IMG/VR virus record: IMGVR_UViG_3300035670_000101
Coordinates: 29,395-93,394 of that record
Origin: a virus
DNA: 64,000 nucleotides
Reading direction: 5' to 3' (one strand)
Position 1 is the first letter of the stretch; each line of letters begins with the position of its first letter. Under the pieces are notes generated by a model. It saw only the letters and a program-made list of their open reading frames with translations. It had not been told where the DNA came from and did no database searches. The position numbers and the translations under genes are program-made. Positions 28,014-36,209 of this stretch are shown here, in pieces.

Positions 28014-28235
28014 ATGAATAAGCTAGACAACGTTAAACCAAATGAATTAAAACAAGCTATCACGACACGTTATAAACGCCCTGATTTGGTTTATAAGCAC
28101 ATCAAGCGCAATCTTAGTAATTTACTACAATGTAACTATGTAGAGTGGTCATTGAAAGGCAATACATTATATATACGTGCAGATTATAACGGCGATATAC
28201 AAAAGAGAAGCTTTAGACTCATTGGCATTAATTAA
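28014..28235 (+). CDS. early hypothetical protein
   Basis: AAAGGT RBS. Confidence 0.7.
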   Translation: MNKLDNVKPNELKQAITTRYKRPDLVYKHIKRNLSNLLQCNYVEWSLKGNTLYIRADYNGDIQKRSFRLIGIN

Positions 28236-28292
28236 TTTTTATTAATCTATATAAGGTTTTATTCCACCACATTACATAAAAGGTAATACACT

Positions 28293-28436
28293 ATGAAACA
28301 TTATCATATCATTCATGACGGTTTAATCTATTGTGTCGATGTTTACGCAGCATCTAAAAAACAAGCTATTGCTCAATACAGACAGCAATGGAAACTTGAA
28401 GGTAAACGTATTAATTTACAATGTTGGGAAGTTTAA
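28293..28436 (+). CDS. early hypothetical protein (47 aa)
   Basis: AAAGGT RBS; VYAASKKQAIAQY. Confidence 0.65.
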   Translation: MKHYHIIHDGLIYCVDVYAASKKQAIAQYRQQWKLEGKRINLQCWEV

Positions 28437-28439
28437 GCC

Positions 28440-28610
28440 ATGAATTATTCAGATATTACACAAGCTTTAAAAGACAATGTAAAAGTATTTTGGATCAACC
28501 CAGCTTATAAAGTGTTTTTACAAAATGGTGAGTTATTCGTTATATATGTATGCAACGATTACATGACTAAACTGAATGAATCAGAATATACAGAATGCTT
28601 TAAAGGATAA
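28440..28610 (+). CDS. early hypothetical protein (56 aa)
   Basis: MNYSDITQAL..VKVFWINPAYKV. Confidence 0.65.
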   Translation: MNYSDITQALKDNVKVFWINPAYKVFLQNGELFVIYVCNDYMTKLNESEYTECFKG

Positions 28611-28616
28611 ATAACC

Positions 28617-28814
28617 ATGACCTACTCATTAAACAATATTAATAAATGTGATGTCACTGCAATCGAAGTTATTTATAAAGGAGGTAAACGGCGCTTGTTC
28701 AATCTTAAAAATAAAGTTTATCGTTATGATGCTTTAGACTTACAAACTAAACTTGAGAATTATGACAATGTGTTCCGTGTGAATTGTCATACAACGTTAA
28801 ACAAGTGTTTTTAA
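28617..28814 (+). CDS. early hypothetical protein
   Basis: AAAGGA RBS. Confidence 0.7.
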   Translation: MTYSLNNINKCDVTAIEVIYKGGKRRLFNLKNKVYRYDALDLQTKLENYDNVFRVNCHTTLNKCF

Positions 28815-28828
28815 AGGATATATAAGCC

Positions 28829-29035
28829 ATGTTAATCATTAACCGTTATAAATGTCCAATTAGTGGTAAAACATCCGTATGCGCGCATAAGGTTAATAAT
28901 ATGAAGGTTATTAAATCATATAAGCCTTGTGATGAATCATTTGTTGAGTTACTAACACAAGGACATAAACAGTTTTTATTATGTGATGTACCAAGCTATA
29001 GCTTGTTATCTAAAATTAATATTGTTAAGAGTTAA
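28829..29035 (+). CDS. early hypothetical protein
   Basis: AAAGGA RBS. Confidence 0.7.
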   Translation: MLIINRYKCPISGKTSVCAHKVNNMKVIKSYKPCDESFVELLTQGHKQFLLCDVPSYSLLSKINIVKS

Positions 29036-29052
29036 TAAAAGGAAATTAAACC

Positions 29053-29277
29053 ATGTTATATCAAATACAAGTTAAAGCAGATAATCAGCGTGTTTATAGA
29101 AAGTTATCCGTTAAGATGAGATCAATTGAAGCACTAAAGAACGATCTGGAATCTTATGTAATTATGTATGCTGAAGACAATCAGGTTAACTGGCACACTG
29201 TTTCAGCTCAAATTATAGATGAAGGTGGTAATATGATATTTGAAAGGTTGTCTAATGCGGTGGTCAACAAAGGTTAA
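29053..29277 (+). CDS. early hypothetical protein
   Basis: AAAGGA RBS. Confidence 0.7.
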   Translation: MLYQIQVKADNQRVYRKLSVKMRSIEALKNDLESYVIMYAEDNQVNWHTVSAQIIDEGGNMIFERLSNAVVNKG

Positions 29278-29290
29278 TCTTAAGGAGAAT

Positions 29291-29485
29291 ATGAAAATGA
29301 GTAATTTAGAATCAATATATGAGATGACAAACACACCAGATAAAAGAGAAGCACTAGAGAATCTAACAGACAGTGAAAAGTTAGACATTATTAAACAATT
29401 AACCGACTCTAAAAGCTTTGTTGAAATGCTGTACTATATAGAGTCTGCTCAGGAGGATTCACAATGGTGTCAATCTTATAGATAA
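29291..29485 (+). CDS. early hypothetical protein
   Basis: AAGGAG before ATG 29291. Confidence 0.7.
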   Translation: MKMSNLESIYEMTNTPDKREALENLTDSEKLDIIKQLTDSKSFVEMLYYIESAQEDSQWCQSYR

Positions 29486-29509
29486 ATTAAATATTTTATT
29501 AAATAAGTG

Positions 29510-29538
29510 TTGACTCATTTTAAGAATATCGCTATTAT
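29510..29538 (+). promoter_or_regulatory. early promoter
   Basis: TTGACT-17-TATTAT with AT-rich UP element. Confidence 0.75.
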
Positions 29539-29576
29539 ATCTACATAGACAGCAAACAAGCTAAAAGGAATACAAC

Positions 29577-29852
29577 ATGATCTTATTTAATCAAGCTATT
29601 AAACACAACGTAAACGCTGAAGAACGTAAACTTCTTAAATCTATCCTTAAAAAACGCCGTAGCCAATTCTGTGATGATGAAGTATTAAACATCTCTTTTA
29701 AATATGAGTCACCTAATAGATGGTTTGAAGATAAAGGGATGAACTATGTTGAGTGGCAAGTCGTTTCAGTATTTCATATCGAAATGGGTATATGGAAAAA
29801 AGAAGAAATAGAAGAATGGCATTATAATTGGTACTATGGTTATAACAATTAA
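29577..29852 (+). CDS. early hypothetical protein
   Basis: AAAGGA RBS. Confidence 0.75.
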   Translation: MILFNQAIKHNVNAEERKLLKSILKKRRSQFCDDEVLNISFKYESPNRWFEDKGMNYVEWQVVSVFHIEMGIWKKEEIEEWHYNWYYGYNN

Positions 29853-29869
29853 TAAACAGCAAGAATCAT

Positions 29870-29892
29870 GCCAGCATTTAAGCTGGCTTTTT
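29870..29892 (+). terminator. intrinsic terminator ending the early island
   Basis: gccagc-atttaa-gctggc-tttttt. Confidence 0.8.
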
Positions 29893-30348
29893 TGTACCTG
29901 TAATTTACTAATCATTATAACTAATATCATTATTAATTAAACTTATAATAAACTTACTAAACTTTCTTTGTTATTATTTATTATTATCTATTGTTTTTAA
30001 CTTCAGTTTGTGTTAAGTGACTTTCAAATATCACCCTTATGGGGTAGCTATCAATTCAACTTTATAGCATCACGTTAAACGCTGTTTTAAGCTCATTCTA
30101 GCTACTTTATGATATAACGGTACATAGGTATATATACGTGCTTTAAAATGCCGCTACGGGGCTTATATGAAGATATACGTGGATATTCTAGAATAGGGAA
30201 AGGCTTTACTATTGAGACCAGTGCGCCATGTTTAATACTAAAATAGATATATGACACTTTTCATAAACCCCTTACCCACTCCTAAACACACTCCAGATAT
30301 TTTACCTCTTAGAAAACATCCTTGTTCCCTAAAAACGCACTCTAAAAA

Positions 30349-30762
30349 TTATTTTCTAAAATTTCTTACTTGTACCAAATCCCCATCAATCCAATCATAA
30401 CTTTCTTCCATGTAATCACTGCCTAATGATATAAAGTGCAGATGTCTGCGATACTCAACATCAAGACAAGAAAAGGGCATTACAACTTCCACCTTATTGT
30501 TTTCAACTAACTCTTGGATAGTTTTAGATGACATACCCATCACACTAAAATACTTTACGCCAGATATCTTCTCAAACTCACAAACTAGGTTAGACCACCA
30601 ACCACCTTCTTTTTTAGTGACCTTAACCATACACCCCACATAAATAGACTCACCATTACAATCCAAAACAGAGGTATCTGTTCCGATAACCCCGTAAGAA
30701 CTGTAACCCCTATACTCCAATGTTGGCTCTCCTTCAATAACCCTTGCTAAATGCAATTTCAT
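30349..30762 (-). CDS. hypothetical protein (YopX-like segment)
   Basis: DCNGESIYVG motif; GGAGG RBS. Confidence 0.7.
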   Translation of the reverse strand: MKLHLARVIEGEPTLEYRGYSSYGVIGTDTSVLDCNGESIYVGCMVKVTKKEGGWWSNLVCEFEKISGVKYFSVMGMSSKTIQELVENNKVEVVMPFSCLDVEYRRHLHFISLGSDYMEESYDWIDGDLVQVRNFRK

Positions 30763-30802
30763 ATAACCTCCACTTAGTTAGATATAACCACTATCAAAAT
30801 CT

Positions 30803-31051
30803 CTAAAAATTATTTTCCAAACTTTTTAATAACCCTACAGTGTACTTTACATCGACTATCATGTCATCGCTCAAGTGTGTATAAAAAGGGGAATTTTCGC
30901 CACGTTCCCTATTACTCACTCCTAAGATAATATGACCACAATCTGAATACATAAATCCATCGTAGTAGTCAACACCATAACGTTCCTTTTGATTGAGAAG
31001 TCTATCACTACCAATGCACCACAAGGTTCTATTTTTAATCCTCTTCATCAC
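30803..31051 (-). CDS. hypothetical protein
   Basis: GGAG RBS. Confidence 0.65.
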   Translation of the reverse strand: MMKRIKNRTLWCIGSDRLLNQKERYGVDYYDGFMYSDCGHIILGVSNRERGENSPFYTHLSDDMIVDVKYTVGLLKSLENNF

Positions 31052-31152
31052 TTCTCTCCAAGATATTCTACTTTTAAGAAAACCCTCCGCATTCCTAAAA
31101 ACACGAGGGTAAAAATTTTCCGAAACAAATTTTATAAAATTGATAAAAATAT

Positions 31153-31389
31153 TTATCTGTTTGATGAAAGGAGTCTATTCTTCATTTCGGAAATCTCTGT
31201 GAATGTTGCTTTCCTGATAGTGTCCTCGAACACAAATCTTAGACTGCCCTTACGATCTTTTAAATCTAACAGAACAATGCAATCACGATTCCAATTCCAC
31301 CCTCTCACCTCATAAACACTGCCGTAAAGGTCTGGCAGTGCCTCACAAGATTTAAAACAAACCTTATCACCGATTTGGTAATTGCTCAT
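31153..31389 (-). CDS. hypothetical protein (RxAT motif family)
   Basis: GGAG before ATG 31389; YQIGDKV...IRKATFTEI. Confidence 0.7.
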   Translation of the reverse strand: MSNYQIGDKVCFKSCEALPDLYGSVYEVRGWNWNRDCIVLLDLKDRKGSLRFVFEDTIRKATFTEISEMKNRLLSSNR

Positions 31390-31618
31390 CAAACAACTCC
31401 ATCTGACCACTACAACTACGATAACCAAGCTCAACATCTGTTTTAGTTGCGTGAGATAAGTTCTCTGGAAGTTCACACAGTCCACACTTATTGAATGGTG
31501 TATTCAGTTCTTTACCAAGTAAATATTCACCACCAATATTATAACAGATGTAATACAGTTGATTATTCCACTTACGAATTACAGGGTCGTTTATTTTAAA
31601 ATATGTATATTCGCTCAT
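31367..31618 (-). CDS. hypothetical protein (RxAT motif family)
   Basis: FKINDPV...LSHATKTDVELGYR. Confidence 0.7.
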   Translation of the reverse strand: MSEYTYFKINDPVIRKWNNQLYYICYNIGGEYLLGKELNTPFNKCGLCELPENLSHATKTDVELGYRSCSGQMELFDEQLPNR

Positions 31619-31941
31619 AATCGTCTCCCTGCTTTGATTTCTTCATCTGTTGCATGTCTTAGAGCATCCAATTTAAAATCATTCCCATTGGTAAATCTAA
31701 CAAATCTACCCAGCTCTTTTAAGTCATCTCGAAAATAAGCAATCTCAAGAACAACATCGCCAAACAAGTGCGTATTTTCATGCTTGCAAACCACCTTATC
31801 CCCCTCTTCAAAAATATTGTGCTCCCTACGATACTCAAGAAGTTTCCTGAGTAAGAACTCATCAAATCCCCACTCCTCTCCTTCCAATTTAGCAGCCTCG
31901 TACCCACCTAATCGCTCAATTAAACTCATATTGCTCTCCAT
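31615..31941 (-). CDS. hypothetical protein (RxAT motif family)
   Basis: LIERLGGYEAAK...FEEGDKV...LRHATDEEIKAGRR. Confidence 0.75.
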   Translation of the reverse strand: MESNMSLIERLGGYEAAKLEGEEWGFDEFLLRKLLEYRREHNIFEEGDKVVCKHENTHLFGDVVLEIAYFRDDLKELGRFVRFTNGNDFKLDALRHATDEEIKAGRRL

Positions 31942-31949
31942 AACACAGA

Positions 31950-32552
31950 TTATCCTTTCGGATAATATAATTGAACATACTCATCAAATGTTAATTCATC
32001 CTCATCCTCTGTAAAGAATGTTAAGTGATTAAAATCACTGACATAAGCCCTCCGAGTATCAGTTTCTAAGACTAAGTGACCAACTGCACCAGCATAATAG
32101 ATATAATTTACATGGTATAAGGTATCACCAAACAATACCTCACACCCCAACAATCTATTTAGTGTGAATTTGTCTTTTTTCTTGGTGTTATCTTTGTTTT
32201 GCTTCACAGCTTTATAAACACTATCTATGAATTTTTCACCGAATACTTGCGCCCAAGCGATTGTGAAATTATTACTTAAAGTGTTATCACATCTGTTAGT
32301 TTCTCCAACCATCTCTTTCAACTCCTCTAAAGTTGCTTGTTCAAAGTTATCATCATCTAACCAACCTTCGGTGATCTCTCCATAATCCCAAGCACACAAC
32401 CCATTATATTTCGCCGCATCATCAGCACTGAAACCATCCTCTGCTTCATAACCAATCTTCCCTAACAACTCCACAGCTTGTAGAATATCTTGTGGAATAA
32501 CACTATGAAACTTTAGATTTTTAAACTCGTTTAACTCATTAAACCCTTTCAT
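31950..32552 (-). CDS. hypothetical protein
   Basis: Operonic. Confidence 0.75.
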   Translation of the reverse strand: MKGFNELNEFKNLKFHSVIPQDILQAVELLGKIGYEAEDGFSADDAAKYNGLCAWDYGEITEGWLDDDNFEQATLEELKEMVGETNRCDNTLSNNFTIAWAQVFGEKFIDSVYKAVKQNKDNTKKKDKFTLNRLLGCEVLFGDTLYHVNYIYYAGAVGHLVLETDTRRAYVSDFNHLTFFTEDEDELTFDEYVQLYYPKG

Positions 32553-32785
32553 TTACCACCTCCAATAGCAACTAACACTTGACCAATAAACGCTAAAATA
32601 AATACACCTAAACACCACCAATATTTCCAGTAGTGCAACCACTCACCTGTTAACCCTGACTGATTTAAACCCCACGCAACAACACTCAGGATAACAAACC
32701 AAATAGTTGTAGGGATTAACGCTAAGAAACTCACCAATCCAAAGAATGTAAAACCTATTTTAAAACCTTCTGCGAAATTACTCAT
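32549..32785 (-). CDS. two-TM membrane protein
   Basis: Hydrophobic; AGGAG RBS. Confidence 0.75.
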   Translation of the reverse strand: MSNFAEGFKIGFTFFGLVSFLALIPTTIWFVILSVVAWGLNQSGLTGEWLHYWKYWWCLGVFILAFIGQVLVAIGGGK

Positions 32786-32796
32786 TACTTTTCTCC

Positions 32797-33153
32797 TTAA
32801 TAAAAATCAACAAACCAACCTTTCCAACTGTGCTTCTTATACCTCTCGTTAAGAGCGGAGTGAAACTCATGCCAATAGAAATCATGTGTTCGTCCTTCAT
32901 ATGTCACTCTAAAGCAATAGTCTGCTGCATTATTAACTTCACGCATATACAACTCATCCTTAACTGGATGACCATCAATATACTCAGACACAAAATATAT
33001 ATTTCTAATCTTAACCCCTGTTAAACTATAAACCTCATAAACAGCTTTAGTAACTTTATCTAAGATAACCTTGCGATCATTCTTAAACTGATCAATTTCT
33101 TTCTGCTCATCACTGATTCGCTCTTTAACTTTTTCTTTCCAATCATTACTCAT
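32797..33153 (-). CDS. hypothetical protein
   Basis: Operonic. Confidence 0.75.
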   Translation of the reverse strand: MSNDWKEKVKERISDEQKEIDQFKNDRKVILDKVTKAVYEVYSLTGVKIRNIYFVSEYIDGHPVKDELYMREVNNAADYCFRVTYEGRTHDFYWHEFHSALNERYKKHSWKGWFVDFY

Positions 33154-33189
33154 TTTCTTTCTCTCATAAATTAATTATGCACACTAATT

Positions 33190-33591
33190 TCAGTTATGCA
33201 CAGATGAAACACGATACGTCCCTTTACCATAAATCTCTGCAACAAACTCATCAGCTTCCTTGTATGATTTTACTGAGATGTATATTCTGTTCCCACAAGC
33301 ATTACGGAATGAAAACTTACCCTTGTTACTAACTTCTGTAGGGTCTTGGTCTTGTGTTAGTACAGTGATTTTAACCTTCTGAACAACTGTTTTATCTTTA
33401 ACAACATTTGTCTTTTTATCTACGATTTGTTTAACAACTTTACGATTCCACCAACAAACCCCTCCCAATACCAACACTTCAGGATTCCATGCTTTCTCCT
33501 TTAGGAGAGCCTTTAGCTCTTTCTTCTGTTGCTGCTCTGTTTCGTATTCATTTAATGCTAATGCTGTTTTGAGTGCTAGTGCTAAAGACAT
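33190..33591 (-). CDS. hypothetical protein
   Basis: AGGA RBS; downstream of a promoter. Confidence 0.75.
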   Translation of the reverse strand: MSLALALKTALALNEYETEQQQKKELKALLKEKAWNPEVLVLGGVCWWNRKVVKQIVDKKTNVVKDKTVVQKVKITVLTQDQDPTEVSNKGKFSFRNACGNRIYISVKSYKEADEFVAEIYGKGTYRVSSVHN

Positions 33592-33632
33592 TGTTTCTTC
33601 CTATTGTGTTACTAACTACGTTTCTTACAATC

Positions 33633-33661
33633 ATAATAAAGGAGTGCTAACGTTGTGTCAA
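33633..33661 (-). promoter_or_regulatory. sigma70-type promoter within an inverted repeat
   Basis: TTGACA-17-TATTAT. Confidence 0.75.
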
Positions 33662-33676
33662 CACCCCTTTTAAATA

Positions 33677-34090
33677 TTATTTCTTTTCTAAACTTTCCAA
33701 CACCTCGATACCATCGCGCTGAAGTGTTCTCAACCCTCTAGCAAGATTTAGTACATTATGGTAAGAGTCTTTATACATCTTGATTTCGTTATCACGATCT
33801 TCAATAAGCTTCTTTAGATGCTCAGTGTACTCAAGGTTATCTTTGTACCAATATTCATCATAGTAGTCTTTCCACTTCTCCTTTTCTTTCTTAACTTCAT
33901 CAACCCAAGATAAATCTTTTATTGTGTGTGCAGCATGGAAAGTGTTAGAAATATCACTATCTTTATTCATAAACACGAAACACCACCACATAAAGTAGAT
34001 AACAAACACTTTATGACGATTAACATCGTTAAACTCATGTCCGGAGTAGTAGTTAAGTCTAAACTTCTTATACCTCTCAATTAACAGCAT
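33677..34090 (-). CDS. hypothetical protein
   Basis: AGGAG RBS; coiled-coil tail. Confidence 0.7.
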   Translation of the reverse strand: MLLIERYKKFRLNYYSGHEFNDVNRHKVFVIYFMWWCFVFMNKDSDISNTFHAAHTIKDLSWVDEVKKEKEKWKDYYDEYWYKDNLEYTEHLKKLIEDRDNEIKMYKDSYHNVLNLARGLRTLQRDGIEVLESLEKK

Positions 34091-34712
34091 CTTTTAATTT
34101 CTCCTGTTTAGTGGTGTTAACACTCTTAACAACCTCCTCACCCCATTGTTTCAAGGTAATAACACTATTACCTAATTTGTCAGCTTCGACAGCGAAGTAG
34201 TCTTGTTCTGCAATGCACGTTTCGAGTAATCCTCCGATGGTAGATAAACGTTCGGCATTGGTGGTATCTTTGTCTCCACTGGAATTGGTACTACTATTGG
34301 TAGTGGTCGTGTATTGTTTGATTGCTTCTGACAACCTAGCATTACTACTGTTGAGAGAACTAATAGTGCTGTTAATTTATTTTTCACGAACAGAATACTC
34401 CTTCTGAATTTGTGTTGTTTTCTCTACTAAAGATTGATAATCACGTAAAGATTTTTCTTGTGCTAAACGTAAAGATGTTTCACTATCAACTTGCAGTTGC
34501 TTTAGTGTAAGCTCATTCTCAATCTTAGTAACAAGGTGTTCGGCACGTTCTTGTTTATGTGCTATTGTTTCTTGCTCATACTTCTCTTGGTAATTGTTAC
34601 CCCTAACCCATAGGAATACTATTAGAGCACCAACAAGGATGCCCCACTTATATTCCCACAGAAAAGATAGGACACTACCAGCAAAGTTTTTAATTGCTAT
34701 GGCTGTGAACAT
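34077..34712 (-). pseudogene. i-spanin (Rz-like) interrupted by in-frame TAA at 34379-34377
   Basis: N-terminal TM plus coiled coil; ORFs 34377..34712 and 34077..34334 share a frame and join as KEYSVREK*INSTISSLNSSNARLSEAIK. Confidence 0.7.
34172..34387 (-). CDS. o-spanin (Rz1-like) lipoprotein
   Basis: Signal peptide with VMLGC lipobox, Pro-rich mature part, embedded in the +1 frame of the i-spanin. Confidence 0.8.
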   Translation of the reverse strand: MKNKLTALLVLSTVVMLGCQKQSNNTRPLPIVVPIPVETKIPPMPNVYLPSEDYSKRALQNKTTSLSKLTN

Positions 34713-35022
34713 TCTTCATCACCTCCCTAAGTCCTAGTATCGTCAAACCATGACCCAATTGCTCCGTTTTAATAGCATTGTAATCAATTCTCTGTTTATA
34801 ACTCAAAACCTTCTCATTTGCTTCAAGCATTACGTTAGTAGCCTGTTTTAACTCATCTGGATTTGGTGGAGTATAAACCCAACCTGTTAAAGTGTTTTGT
34901 CTAATCCGCTTCTTCTCAAGATCAACCTGTAATTCGGAAAGGTGTTTTAACTTCTGCCCGATAATACGATTTCTCTTTTTTAATTCAACTATTAACTTTA
35001 GAAGATAGTCTCTATCCAACAT
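34690..35022 (-). CDS. hypothetical protein
   Basis: Operonic. Confidence 0.65.
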   Translation of the reverse strand: MLDRDYLLKLIVELKKRNRIIGQKLKHLSELQVDLEKKRIRQNTLTGWVYTPPNPDELKQATNVMLEANEKVLSYKQRIDYNAIKTEQLGHGLTILGLREVMKNVHSHSN

Positions 35023-35713
35023 TTATTTTCTCGCCTTTAGTTTTACGAAGTTTCACTTCCTTTTGATAAGCTTTAATATCTTCCTTACATAACTGAATCT
35101 CTTCCTCAAGTTCCTCTACAGAGAATTGTGATAGATCTTCAGGGTTGTTTTGTTGTGCAAGTTTATCTGCTCGATATTGTGCATAACGTTGTAGACGCTC
35201 AATAAGCTCATCTTTAAAGAAAGTGATCTCAGCTCCATCTTTCATACGAACAATCTCATCTTCATCAAGTAACCCAGTATAATACTTGGTGTCAATAAGA
35301 TCGTTAAGGCGCTCCATAGCTGCTGTACGACACTTAACTTTACTAAGCTCGCTGTAACCAGTACCACCTTGAGTTGAATGCAGACCAAATTCCACCATGT
35401 CCCCAACCACCCAACTATCACATGCTAACGCTACAACTGTAGCACCACTCCAACAAATAGAGTTTAAGTGGGCAATAAAATTAGCACGACTATTCTCAAT
35501 AGCTGTTGCAATAATAGACGTTGTACTGACACGACCCCCAGAACAAGTGATGTGCAGATTAACAATATCATGTTCCGTTAAAGCTGCACAGAAGTTAACA
35601 AACCCTGTGTACTCTTCAGCACTCTCAATAACGTCTGTAGATAGTGCTAAATCATATTGCATACCAAAAGGACGACCAACCACTTCTTCCATTTTCATGT
35701 TTGTAATGTTCAA
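35012..35713 (-). CDS. ClpP/crotonase-fold protease-like protein
   Basis: LHITCSGG, CWSGATVVAL, FGLH. Confidence 0.8.
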   Translation of the reverse strand: MNITNMKMEEVVGRPFGMQYDLALSTDVIESAEEYTGFVNFCAALTEHDIVNLHITCSGGRVSTTSIIATAIENSRANFIAHLNSICWSGATVVALACDSWVVGDMVEFGLHSTQGGTGYSELSKVKCRTAAMERLNDLIDTKYYTGLLDEDEIVRMKDGAEITFFKDELIERLQRYAQYRADKLAQQNNPEDLSQFSVEELEEEIQLCKEDIKAYQKEVKLRKTKGEKINVG

Positions 35714-35958
35714 ATATTTTCTCCTAAATCTGATTCCAAAATAATGTAGTGTTCTTCACCCTCAAGGGTTTCATATTTACCAAGCAAATCCCAAATCTCT
35801 TCTTGTAATAACTCCATAGCATCCTCTTTATATGTCAAGAAACAGTGCTCTATACTCTTTTCAAGATTAGTAATCGCTTTAATAAAAAATTTATAATCTT
35901 CCTTTGGAATTAAATATGTGTGACCATCATCATCTGAATATGTCTTATACAGTTTCAA
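35710..35958 (-). CDS. hypothetical protein
   Basis: SDDDGHTYLIP motif; AGGAG RBS. Confidence 0.7.
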   Translation of the reverse strand: MKLYKTYSDDDGHTYLIPKEDYKFFIKAITNLEKSIEHCFLTYKEDAMELLQEEIWDLLGKYETLEGEEHYIILESDLGENI

Positions 35959-35968
35959 AACATTCTCC

Positions 35969-36172
35969 TTAATATAAAATTGATTTAAGCTCTAAATCAT
36001 CATTAACGTAAAATTCTTTCTCAAAACACTCTTGAGGTGTTAAACCATCGTAATAATGGTCTTTAATATCTAATTTATAGTAATCAATAAACTTAGCATT
36101 AAACCCAGCTTCTACAGCTAACGATACTACAGTGTTGTAGTAATCGTTAAAGTCTTGATCATCTTGTGTCAT
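35969..36172 (-). CDS. hypothetical protein
   Basis: AAGGAG RBS. Confidence 0.75.
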   Translation of the reverse strand: MTQDDQDFNDYYNTVVSLAVEAGFNAKFIDYYKLDIKDHYYDGLTPQECFEKEFYVNDDLELKSILY

Positions 36173-36184
36173 TGTTAAACTCCT

Positions 36185-36206
36185 TAAAAGGAGGTCTTTC
36201 GACCTC
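36185..36206 (-). terminator. intrinsic terminator after phoH
   Basis: gaggtc-gaaa-gacctc-ctttt on the - strand. Confidence 0.6.
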
Positions 36207-36209
36207 TTG

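Noticed and set aside
34077-34334. Independent 85-aa hypothetical gene
   Set aside because: In frame with, and better explained as, the C-terminal part of the i-spanin
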